Part shown: piece by piece, positions 36,759 to 46,528 of the stretch
Position numbering within the stretch: position 1 is the first letter of the stretch
Layout: the number at the start of each line of letters is the position of its first letter
Source: Elusimicrobiota bacterium
GTDB lineage: Bacteria > Elusimicrobiota > Elusimicrobia > UBA1565
Direction of reading: 5' to 3'
Length of the DNA: 54,514 nt
NCBI GenBank assembly: GCA_043819795.1
Contig: JBDREN010000105.1
Location: forward strand, 1 to 54,514
The notes under the pieces: generated by a model
What the model was told of the DNA's origin: nothing
What the model saw: only the letters and a program-made list of their open reading frames with translations
Databases searched by the model: none
Position numbers and translations under genes: made by a program

Positions 36759-38066
36759 TTACCGCGAAACCAGCTTGAGGGCGTCGATCATCCCGGAGCC
36801 CTGCTGAACGTCGGGCACGTCCGGGATCTTCGTCGCCGCGCTCGTCAGAGCCGCGCGGATCTCCTCGACGCCGTGCGCTCCCTGCGCGGCCACCGCCAGC
36901 GCGGCGAGCCCGGCCACATGCGGCGTGGCCATCGAGGTGCCGGAGATGCTCCGGTAGCCGCCGCCCATCCAAGTCGAGTTCACGGACACCCCGGGGGCGA
37001 TCAGCTCGACCTCCGGTCCGCGGCTCGAGAAGTAGGCGACCCTGTCACTGGAGTCCGAGGCCGCGATGGCGATCGCCTCGGGGTAGGCGGCCGGGAAGCC
37101 GACGCTCCTGCCCGAGTTGCCGGCTGCCGCGATGATGGCGACGCCGGCCTCGGCGGCCGCCTTCACCGCGTCGGCGAGCGACTGGTTGCCCCGCGAGGCC
37201 CCCAGGCTGAAGTTGGCGACGGCCATCCCGTTGGCGGCGCACCACTGGATGCCCTCGATGACGTCGGCGAATGTCCCGCTGCCGCTGGCGCTGAGGACCT
37301 TGACGCCGTAGAGCTGGACGTCGGGCGCTATCCCGACGACGCCCGCGTCGTTGTCGATCGCGGCGATCGTGCCGGCCACATGGCTCCCGTGGCCGTTGTC
37401 GTCCTTGAAGGAGACCGTGGGGTCGATCGCGTTGAATCCGCCGGTGACGTTCAGTTCGGGATGCTCGAAGTCGATGCCGGTGTCCACGACGGCCACCTTG
37501 ACGCCCGCTCCCCGCGTGACCCCCCATGCCTGGGAAGCGTTGACGCGGGAGATGCCCCAGGGGGTGGTCTGTCCCTGCTCTTCCTGGGGAAGGATGTCCG
37601 GGCCGGCGGCCGCGGGGGGCGCCTCGGCGACGAGCCAGTTCTGGATGAAATCCTCGTCGATGCGCTTGACCTCGGCGGCGGCCAGGAGGCTCGCCTCGAA
37701 GCTCTGCATCCGAGTCTGGGGAGCCATGATCGCCACGGCGTTGATGATCCAAAGGTTGTCGGTGACCAGGGCGCCCGCTTTCCGCACGAGGCTGAGCTGG
37801 CGGACCTTCGACGTGCCCTTATGGAAAACGACGATCCGGCGCGCGACGCTGTTGGGCGTCACGATCGGCCACGAGGTCTCGAGGGTCCCGGCCTCCAGGT
37901 CCGACCCCTCCATCGATCCGGCGGTGTCCCGGGCCTGGTCGACGATCTCCTGGACGCTGAAGTCCAGCTGGTCGAAGTCCGGCTTGCCGTCCTCGGCCGA
38001 GGCCGTCAGAGCGACGCCCACGAGCAGCGCCGCGCACGCCAACCACGTGAACTTATTCTTAAGCAT
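36759..38066 (-). CDS. Secreted subtilisin-like serine protease (S8 family) with N-terminal propeptide
   Basis: Catalytic triad contexts VAVVDTGID, HGSHVAGTIAA, GTSMATPHVAGLAAL. Start chosen at ATG 38066 (MLKNKFTWLACAALLVGVALTASA) with GAGGTG SD; the track uses GTG 38072. Confidence 0.9.
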   Translation of the reverse strand: MLKNKFTWLACAALLVGVALTASAEDGKPDFDQLDFSVQEIVDQARDTAGSMEGSDLEAGTLETSWPIVTPNSVARRIVVFHKGTSKVRQLSLVRKAGALVTDNLWIINAVAIMAPQTRMQSFEASLLAAAEVKRIDEDFIQNWLVAEAPPAAAGPDILPQEEQGQTTPWGISRVNASQAWGVTRGAGVKVAVVDTGIDFEHPELNVTGGFNAIDPTVSFKDDNGHGSHVAGTIAAIDNDAGVVGIAPDVQLYGVKVLSASGSGTFADVIEGIQWCAANGMAVANFSLGASRGNQSLADAVKAAAEAGVAIIAAAGNSGRSVGFPAAYPEAIAIAASDSSDRVAYFSSRGPEVELIAPGVSVNSTWMGGGYRSISGTSMATPHVAGLAALAVAAQGAHGVEEIRAALTSAATKIPDVPDVQQGSGMIDALKLVSR

Positions 38067-38183
38067 ACCCACCTCTGCGTTTTCTGCGCTTCCGGCGACA
38101 TCCGGGCCGGTTCCCGGTCACTATAACATATTTTCGGCGCGAAAATCCGGCTCGGGGCGTCGCGCACGGGATCGAACGACGCG

Positions 38184-38723
38184 TTACTGGATCGGGGCGA
38201 GCAGGTCCTGCTCCGCCGGCGCGCAGCCGGGGTCGGGGGGCTGGAGCAGCGACGGGGCAAAGGCCGGCCCGGAGGACGGCGCGTTGCCGCAGGGCTTGGG
38301 GCTCCCGGCGTGCTCCACGGCTTCCTGGAAGCCGGGCAGACGCGCGTGCTTCCGGACCAGGGTCTGGAAACGCCGCATGGCGGCCGGCCCCGGCGTCCCC
38401 TCGAGCTCCGAGCGGAGGCTTGGGTCTTGCCCGAGCTCTTCGAGGAACGGGGCCGCCTCCGCTTCGCCATCGAGCGACGAGAGGGCCAGCAGGACCTGCT
38501 TCTCGAAGAGCGTGAACTCCACGACGTCCCCGCTTTCGCCCGGAGCGGGCGCCGTGCCCGCGACCTCGCGCGCTTCCCGGTCCGCGGCGACGACCGGGCG
38601 ACCGTCCTCTTTCTGGCCCCCGCCGGGGGCGGCCTGGCCGGGGTCCTTCAAGTACCACGCCGCCAGTGCTGCGGCGGTCCCGGCCGTCAGCGCCAGGTAA
38701 GCGATGGGGCGTTTCCAAGTCAC
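38184..38723 (-). CDS. Hypothetical N-terminally membrane-anchored protein (GTG start overlapping upstream stop, GTGA)
   Basis: VTWKRPIAYLALTAGTAAALAAWYLKD... The track ORF 38184..38987 has a junk 5' extension. The start assignment is tentative. Confidence 0.4.
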   Translation of the reverse strand: MTWKRPIAYLALTAGTAAALAAWYLKDPGQAAPGGGQKEDGRPVVAADREAREVAGTAPAPGESGDVVEFTLFEKQVLLALSSLDGEAEAAPFLEELGQDPSLRSELEGTPGPAAMRRFQTLVRKHARLPGFQEAVEHAGSPKPCGNAPSSGPAFAPSLLQPPDPGCAPAEQDLLAPIQ

Positions 38724-39403
38724 CGGTAGAGAGCGAGGAAGCGGTCCTCGTATTCCTCGAAGAGGCCGTATCGCCGGAGCGTCACCGCGAGCGATTTCCG
38801 GGTTCCGGAGTCGCTTCCCGCTCTTTCGAAGAGGCGCTCGATCTCGTTGCGGCGGCGGCGCGCTTCGTTCGAGCCGGGCTCGAACATGCCGTGGAGGTCG
38901 AGGTCGTTGACGTTGGTCGGAAACGAGCGGGCCGACTCTTCGAGCGTGAACCGCATCAGGGCCAGGGACCAGGCCGCGTCCGGGCATTCGATGACGGCCG
39001 CCTGCGCGATGTCGCGGGCGTCCACGTCGTCGCGGATGAGCAGGGCCGTGCGGTGCGCGTTCTCGGCGAGCACGCTCGTCTGGAGGTCCCGGTTCCGGAA
39101 GGAATACTCGAGGCCCCGCAGGAAGTCTTGGTACTGTCCGGCAAGCCAGTCGGCGAACTCCCCGGCATCCTCCCCGAAGTCCTTGAAGCGGTCCCGCAGG
39201 GCTTGAGGCGTCAGTATCTTGGGACGCTCGGAGACCACCCAGCCCTTGCGCAGGCGGGTCCTCTCCGGAAGGTCGTCGAGCGGCGAGACGAGGTGGTACT
39301 GGATGCGGGTTATCCCGAAGGTCGACAGGAGCTTCTTCGGCTTGCGCAGCAGATGGGTGCTTTCCAGGAGCTTCCGGATCTTCGCGGGGTCCATACCGCC
39401 CAT
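38720..39403 (-). CDS. Hypothetical cytoplasmic protein
   Basis: ORF MGGMDPAKIRKLLESTHLLRKPKK...; GGAGG ~12 nt upstream of ATG 39403; no recognisable motif. Confidence 0.4.
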   Translation of the reverse strand: MGGMDPAKIRKLLESTHLLRKPKKLLSTFGITRIQYHLVSPLDDLPERTRLRKGWVVSERPKILTPQALRDRFKDFGEDAGEFADWLAGQYQDFLRGLEYSFRNRDLQTSVLAENAHRTALLIRDDVDARDIAQAAVIECPDAAWSLALMRFTLEESARSFPTNVNDLDLHGMFEPGSNEARRRRNEIERLFERAGSDSGTRKSLAVTLRRYGLFEEYEDRFLALYR

Positions 39404-39548
39404 ATGATAACAGCGCCTCCGGGGTGCGTCAATGTTTCGCGCCTGGCCCACCCGGCGCTCCGTTCTTTATTAGGGTCACGGCCGCGGATTTTTTGCTACA
39501 ATGCCCCGGAGTTGATCCGGGTGCGTACGGCCCCGGAGGAGGCAGCCC

Positions 39549-40445
39549 ATGAGAGCACGGTACTTTGGATGGATGGCCCTGGCCGCGGTCGTGACGGCCC
39601 TTGCGTCGCCGGCCCGCGCGAGCGGCCCAGCCTTGGATTCCGACCAGATGGATGTCGACGTGAAGGCGATCGTCGCCCAGGCCCGGGAGGCCGCTCGCGA
39701 GGACTCCGCCGAGGACCAGGGGGCGCGGGTCGCCTACCGCTCGACGCGGGACTGCGCGTACTTCCGCTTCGAGCCCAACGGGCCCGCAGTCTCGGAGTCG
39801 GTGGTCCTGACGAGCACCGAGTACGTCGAGGAGTGTTTCGGGGACCGCGAGCATCGGCACTGCCACGAGGTTCCGCGCTATACGAACCGCGAGCGGGTGC
39901 AGATCGAGCTCCGCGACAGGAAGGAGCTTTATCCCTGGGAGCGCGAGACCTTCGAGGCGTGCCTCGACGGGCACTGGCTGAGCGTCTACACCGTCTCCGT
40001 GGCCCATGAGTATTCGGAGAGCCGGGTCGGCGGGTACTTCACCCTCACGGCCGGCAAAAAGGTCCCGATGAATCCGGACCGCGATGGGATCGCGGCCGGG
40101 GCTCCGAAGGTCTCCGGAGCGGGCTTCGTGGCCGAGTTCCAGGACCGCTGGGCGTCGTATTACGAGGGAGAGGATGTCGTCATCAAGGCCGCTCTCTACG
40201 AGGTTGTCCCGGGATGGTTCGACCGCAAGGTCGCCGAGGCTGAGATCTCGTTCCCCGCGGCCGGCCGGTACGCGATCGACTTTTCCGGCGAGACGGGCGA
40301 CAAGCTGAAGGCCGGCAAGAAGTACTACGTGTACTGGGGCTTCAAGCGGATCGGAGAGATCTCGAAGCCGACGTACGTCAAGCGCGGAAAGACCGAGCAG
40401 GCCGTTTATTCCCCGGCGGACGCGTCGCTCGCCGCGGCGTACTGA
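39549..40445 (+). CDS. Hypothetical secreted protein (signal peptide, Cys-containing)
   Basis: GGAGGAGG SD; MRARYFGWMALAAVVTALASPARA signal peptide; no recognisable motif. Confidence 0.55.
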   Translation: MRARYFGWMALAAVVTALASPARASGPALDSDQMDVDVKAIVAQAREAAREDSAEDQGARVAYRSTRDCAYFRFEPNGPAVSESVVLTSTEYVEECFGDREHRHCHEVPRYTNRERVQIELRDRKELYPWERETFEACLDGHWLSVYTVSVAHEYSESRVGGYFTLTAGKKVPMNPDRDGIAAGAPKVSGAGFVAEFQDRWASYYEGEDVVIKAALYEVVPGWFDRKVAEAEISFPAAGRYAIDFSGETGDKLKAGKKYYVYWGFKRIGEISKPTYVKRGKTEQAVYSPADASLAAAY

Positions 40446-40465
40446 GCCGGACGGTCGTTCACGCG

Positions 40466-40500
40466 AGAGGGGCCCCGTAAGGGGCCCTTCCCTATTTATG
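40466..40500 (+). terminator. Terminator candidate after the secreted hypothetical gene: GC hairpin gaggggcccc-gtaa-ggggccc followed by ttccctatttatg
   Basis: Read in sequence 21 nt past the stop. Confidence 0.45.
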
Positions 40501-40515
40501 TCCGGCTCTCGCCGG

Positions 40516-40545
40516 TTGACATGGCGGGAAAGGGTAGGATATAAT
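40516..40545 (+). promoter_or_regulatory. Consensus sigma-70 promoter of the hrcA-grpE-dnaK-dnaJ operon: TTGACA (40516-40521), 18-nt spacer, TATAAT (40540-40545)
   Basis: Both hexamers are a perfect match to consensus, read directly. Confidence 0.8.
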
Positions 40546-40546
40546 A

Positions 40547-40573
40547 TTAGCACTCCGCTTGACCGATTGCTAA
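40547..40573 (+). promoter_or_regulatory. CIRCE operator (HrcA binding site) TTAGCACTC-N9-GATTGCTAA
   Basis: Left half perfect, 9-nt spacer, right half 8/9 match to GAGTGCTAA; it lies directly between the -10 and the hrcA start. Confidence 0.85.
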
Positions 40574-40594
40574 TTTTGTCTCATACTCTTCACG

Positions 40595-41701
40595 ATGCGC
40601 CAGCTCGATCCCAAAGTCGTCTCGGAGCGTAAGAGGAGCGTCCTGCAGTGGGTCGTGCACCGCTACATCGAGACCTCCCATCCGATCGCGTCCTCCAACG
40701 TCGCCGAGGACGCCGGTATGGACCTCTCTAGCGCCACGATCCGGAGCATCCTGAAGGAGCTCGAAGACGACGGGTTCCTCACGCAGCCGCACACCTCCTC
40801 GGGGCGCGTCCCGACCGACCGGGGGTACCGCTGCTACGTGGACTATCTCCATGACGTTCAGCGGCTGGCCTCCAACGAGAAGGCCCGGATCGAGCGGCAG
40901 GTCGGCAACCGGATCGAGGAGCTCGACAACCTTCTTTCCCAGACATCGAGACTCCTCTCCCACATATCCCACAAGACCGGGCTCGTCCTCTCGCCCGAGA
41001 TCGAGCAGCAGACCCTCAGGCGTCTCGAGCTCATCCCGCTCGGGGGCCAGCAGGTGCTGGCGATCGTCGTCACGCAGACCGGCCTCGTGCGTCATTGGCC
41101 GTTCCGCCTCTCGTTCGCTCCGTCGGCGAACCGGATCAACGTCCTGAACCGCTTCCTGAACGAGCACGTGCGCGGGAGGTCGATCCGCGAGGTCCGCGCG
41201 ACGGTCGCCTCCCAGCTCGAGCAGGCCGACAGTGAACTCCGTGAGCTTCACGGGCTGGCGAACCAGCTCCTCGACGAGATCGACGCGATCGAGGGGCCCG
41301 AGCAGCTGTTCATGGACGGGACCGTGAGCCTCGTCGAGGGGGCCGAGAGCCTGGGGGACCTCAACGAGATCCGGTCGCTGATGAGGGTGATGGAGGAGCG
41401 GCGCTCTCTGGCGCGGATGCTGAAGGAGGAGATGCGCGAGGCGTTGCCGTCCGGCCGGGCGCTCGGCCGGAAGGGAGTGCAGGTCCGCATAGGAGAGGAA
41501 AACAGTCTTCCGGAGCTGCGGAACCTGAGCCTCATCACGACGACGTACCGCGTGGGCGAGCGGGCCGTGGGCGTGCTCGGCATCCTGGGCACGAAGCGCA
41601 TGGAGTACTCGCGCATGATGTCCTTGGTGGACTATATGGGGCGTCTGGTCAGCAAGACGCTCGAGTTTTGGGACGAGGACGAGCGCTGCGGTGATGACTA
41701 A
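40595..41701 (+). CDS. hrcA: Heat-inducible transcription repressor HrcA
   Basis: …VLQWVVHRYIETSHPIASSNVAEDAGMDLSSATIRSILKELEDDGFLTQPHTSSGRVPTDRGYR…; followed by grpE. Confidence 0.9.
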   Translation: MRQLDPKVVSERKRSVLQWVVHRYIETSHPIASSNVAEDAGMDLSSATIRSILKELEDDGFLTQPHTSSGRVPTDRGYRCYVDYLHDVQRLASNEKARIERQVGNRIEELDNLLSQTSRLLSHISHKTGLVLSPEIEQQTLRRLELIPLGGQQVLAIVVTQTGLVRHWPFRLSFAPSANRINVLNRFLNEHVRGRSIREVRATVASQLEQADSELRELHGLANQLLDEIDAIEGPEQLFMDGTVSLVEGAESLGDLNEIRSLMRVMEERRSLARMLKEEMREALPSGRALGRKGVQVRIGEENSLPELRNLSLITTTYRVGERAVGVLGILGTKRMEYSRMMSLVDYMGRLVSKTLEFWDEDERCGDD

Positions 41702-42281
41702 GGAAGAGGCGAAGAGCGACTCTCCCGAGCCCGCGGCGGGGACGCCCCCGGCCGGCGCCGGCGCTCCGGGCGAGGCCGCGAAAAAGGAAGAGGAGGAGAA
41801 GAAGAATCTTTTCGACCAGATCGTCCGGCTCAGGGCGGAGTTCGAGAACTACCGCAAGCGGGTCGACCGGGAGAAACGGGAGCTCGTCCTTTACGGCAAG
41901 CGCGAGCTCCTCGAGCGGCTCATCCCGCTCCACGACGTGCTGCTGGCCGCGCACGAGCACGTGCTTCGGCACGCCGGGGCCGGGCTGCCGAAGGCGAAGG
42001 GCGGCGCGTCCTCGGACGCGCCCCAGGCCGAGCTGGTGAGGGGCCTGGAGCTCATCTTCGCGGAGTTCACGAAGCTCTTCGAGGCGGAGGGCGTCACCGT
42101 CATCAAGACCGTGGGAGTGCCCTGCGACTTCGACAAGCACGAGGTCCTCGGACAGGTTGAGACCGACGAGTATCCGGAGGGGACCGTGGTCGAGGAGCTG
42201 CAGCGCGGCTACCTGCTGGGCGGCCGGACGCTGCGGGCGGCGAGGGTGCGCATCGCCAAGGCCGGGACGGGGAAGAAATGA
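41694..42281 (+). CDS. grpE: Nucleotide exchange factor GrpE
   Basis: …LRAEFENYRKRVDREKRE…GVTVIKTVGVPCDFDKHEVLGQVET…; overlaps the hrcA end; possible GTG start at 41691. Confidence 0.9.
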   Translation: MTKEEAKSDSPEPAAGTPPAGAGAPGEAAKKEEEEKKNLFDQIVRLRAEFENYRKRVDREKRELVLYGKRELLERLIPLHDVLLAAHEHVLRHAGAGLPKAKGGASSDAPQAELVRGLELIFAEFTKLFEAEGVTVIKTVGVPCDFDKHEVLGQVETDEYPEGTVVEELQRGYLLGGRTLRAARVRIAKAGTGKK

Positions 42282-42309
42282 GTTTTTCGACACCTGAACG
42301 GAGGATATC

Positions 42310-44205
<1,896 letters not shown>

Positions 44206-44210
44206 GCGCC

Positions 44211-44390
44211 TTGCCCCTAACGCATCCCAAGAGCATCCGCCTCAAGCGCTCGAAGTGTCCCGAGTGCCGCGGGCCGCTCGCGCCTCCGCGGCTCGAGTCG
44301 GTGGGCGGGACCGTCGTGGCGGGCTGCCGTGACGACTCCTGCGGCTACCGCTTCGAGTTGTTCTTCCTGGGGGACGCCGCGCTGAACTAG
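44211..44390 (+). CDS. Small (59-aa) zinc-ribbon protein encoded in the dnaK-dnaJ spacer (TTG start; below the 60-aa track cutoff)
   Basis: AAGGAG (44197-44202, inside the dnaK C-terminus) sits 8 nt before TTG 44211. Translation (L/M)PLTHPKSIRLKRSKCPECRGPLAPPRLESVGGTVVAGCRDDSCGYRFELFFLGDAALN* has CxxC…Cx4C. It ends 1 nt before the dnaJ ATG. Confidence 0.45.
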   Translation: MPLTHPKSIRLKRSKCPECRGPLAPPRLESVGGTVVAGCRDDSCGYRFELFFLGDAALN

Positions 44391-45543
44391 ATGGCCGACT
44401 ATTACGAGCTCCTGGGCGTCCCGCGCAACGCGACGGAGGCCGAGATGAAGAAGGCCTACCGGAAGCTGGCGCTGAAGTACCACCCGGACCGCAATCCCGG
44501 CGACAAGAAGTCCGAGCAGCGCTTCAAGGAGATCAACGCGGCCTACGAGGTCCTTTCCGACTCGAAAAAGCGCCGGGTCTACGAGCAGTTCGGCGAGGCG
44601 GGGCTTTCGGGGGCGGGCGGCGGCGCGCGGGGCGGGACCGGCTTCGGCGACGTCGGGGACATCTTCGGCGACATCTTCGAGAGTTTCTTCTCCGGCGGCG
44701 GGGGGGGGCGCCAACGCGCGCGGGCGCGGCGCGGCCACGACCTGCGCTACGAGGTCGAGGTCACCCTCGAGCAGGCCTGCGAGGGCACGCACCTTCCCCT
44801 GAAATACGACCGCGTCGAGGCCTGCGCCGCCTGCGACGGGCTCGGCGCCAAGCCCGGTTCGGGGCTGAAGCGCTGCGCGAGCTGCCGCGGGTCGGGGCGC
44901 GTGCAGTTCTCCCAAGGTTTCTTCTCGATGACCCAGACCTGCTCCTCCTGCGGCGGAGAGGGGCGGATCATCGAAACTCCCTGCCAGTCCTGCAAGGGAG
45001 CGGGGCGTCAGCGCCTGCGCCATAAGCTCACGATACGCGTCCCGGCGGGCGTCTACGACGGCGCGACCCTGCGCATCGCGGGCGAGGGCGAGGCCGGCTC
45101 GCGCGGCGGCCCGGCCGGAGACCTCTATGTCCATGTCCGGCTCATGCCGCATCCCTGGTTCGCCCGCGAGGACGACGATCTCATCTACGAGCGACGCATC
45201 ACCTATCCGGAGGCCGCCCTCGGGACCAAGCTCTCGGTGCCCACGATCTCCGGCGAGAAGGCGCGCATCAAGATCCCGCCGGGCACGCGCGACGGCATGA
45301 CGTTCCGCATCAAGGACAAGGGGGTGCCCCCGCCTGCACGGCCGCGGCTACGGCGACCTGCTCGTGCGGGTCCGGATCGACGTCCCGGCGGACCTCAACG
45401 ACCGCCAGCGCAAGCTCCTCGAGGAGTTCGCCGGGACGCTCGATGAGCCGGGGCAGAGCGACGGCGGCGGCGCGAAGGACACGGCCTCGTCGCAGACGAA
45501 GGAGGGCGGCGGGATCTTCAAGAGGATCTTCGGAGGAGAGTGA
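44391..45543 (+). CDS. dnaJ: Chaperone DnaJ (interrupted by a +1 frameshift in a C5 homopolymer at 45327-45331; the true C-terminus resumes in the +1 frame and ends at TGA 45541-45543)
   Basis: J-domain [10 protein letters not shown]…[16 protein letters not shown]; four CxxCxGxG repeats. After KDKGVP the reported frame gives junk ([15 protein letters not shown]…). The +1 frame gives canonical …[41 protein letters not shown]…IFKRIFGGE*. rsmE starts 4 nt after this corrected stop. Confidence 0.85.
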
Positions 45544-45546
45544 GCC

Positions 45547-46311
45547 ATGCCTCAGTTCCTTCTTTCGCCGGAGGACATATCGGGAAAGACGTTCTCCCTG
45601 CGCGGCCCCGAGGCCTTCCACGTGACGCGCGTGCTGCGCCGCCGGGAGGGCTCGACGATCGAGCTTTTCGACGGGCGCGGCGGGCGCTATACGGGCGTCA
45701 TCCGCGCCATCCACCCCGACGGGAGCGTCTCGGGGGAGATCACCGGCACCGCGCACGTTCCCCAGAAGGAGTACCCGGTGACGATCAACCTCTTCCTGAG
45801 CCTGCTCAAGCCCTCTCATTGGGAATGGGCGCTCGAGAAGTGCACCGAGATCGGCGTCGCGCGCTTCGTGCCGGTGATCACTCCCCGGACCGTCATGCAG
45901 ATGCGCGAGGCCGGCGAGACGAAGCGGGCCCGCTGGAACAAGATCATGGCGGCCGCGGCGAAGCAGAGCCGCCGCGGCGAGCTGCCGCAGCTGGGCGAGA
46001 CGGTGCACTTCCGCGACGCCATCCTCCAGGCCTCCAAGAGCGGCCTGACTCTGCTCGCCTGGGAGAAGCACGCCGGCGCGACGACCTACGCGGGCCTGCG
46101 CGAGGTCCTGCGCGAGGCCAAGTCCAGTCACAAGACGGGCCTCACCGTGAACCTCTTCATCGGCCCCGAGGGGGGCTTCTCCGACGAGGAGGTGGAGATC
46201 GCCGAGTACGACGGGGCCTCGTTCTTCAGCCTCGGGCCGAGCACGCTGCGCTCTGAGACCGCGGCGGTGGCGGCCTGCTCCATCATTTTTTACGAGCTGG
46301 GCGCGCTCTAA
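45547..46311 (+). CDS. rsmE: 16S rRNA (uracil1498-N3)-methyltransferase RsmE
   Basis: …FHVTRVLRRREGSTIELFDGRG…NLFLSLLKPSHWEWALEKCTEIGV…IGPEGGFSDEEVE…; conserved position after dnaJ. Confidence 0.85.
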   Translation: MPQFLLSPEDISGKTFSLRGPEAFHVTRVLRRREGSTIELFDGRGGRYTGVIRAIHPDGSVSGEITGTAHVPQKEYPVTINLFLSLLKPSHWEWALEKCTEIGVARFVPVITPRTVMQMREAGETKRARWNKIMAAAAKQSRRGELPQLGETVHFRDAILQASKSGLTLLAWEKHAGATTYAGLREVLREAKSSHKTGLTVNLFIGPEGGFSDEEVEIAEYDGASFFSLGPSTLRSETAAVAACSIIFYELGAL

Positions 46312-46323
46312 CGGATGTATCTT

Positions 46324-46362
46324 GGATCTCGCGGGAAATCCGCGGGATTTCCCGCGAGATCC
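46324..46362. repeat. 39-nt perfect palindrome ggatctcgcgggaaatc-cgcggg-atttcccgcgagatcc
   Basis: Read in sequence in the rsmE-mtaB intergenic region. Confidence 0.9.
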
Positions 46363-46380
46363 GCTTCGGGAAACAGTCTT

Positions 46381-46420
46381 GGGATTTAAAAGGAATCCCA
46401 CGGGATTCCTTTTAAATCCC
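46381..46420. repeat. 40-nt near-perfect palindrome gggatttaaaaggaatccc-ac-gggattccttttaaatccc, followed by degenerate motif copies (cgattcccgttttgagaac; ggatcccgtttccaggg)
   Basis: Read in sequence. 19-bp arms with a 2-nt centre; shares the GGGA(A/T)TYCC core with the first palindrome. Confidence 0.9.
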
Positions 46421-46528
46421 GCTTTGAGAACAGCAAAAGACCAGAGGTCCGTCGCGATTCCCGTTTTGAGAACGACATAACGCCTGGAGGCGTGGCGCGG
46501 ATCCCGTTTCCAGGGAAGACGATACGCT

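Noticed and set aside
36075-38126. 683-aa plus ORF antisense to the S8 protease and DsbA genes
   Set aside because: No motifs, Arg/Gly-rich, fully overlapped by two well-supported minus-strand genes.
45300-45446. dnaJ C-terminal sequence as given in the track (…[22 protein letters not shown]…)
   Set aside because: Low-complexity read-through caused by a 1-nt homopolymer frameshift. The +1 frame gives the canonical DnaJ C-terminus and restores correct spacing to rsmE.
46324-46420. Possible tRNA or other structured RNA gene in the palindromic region
   Set aside because: Perfect self-complementary palindromes lack tRNA cloverleaf features (no T-loop GTTCRANYC, no anticodon arm layout). No tRNA-like sequence was seen in any intergenic gap of the window.
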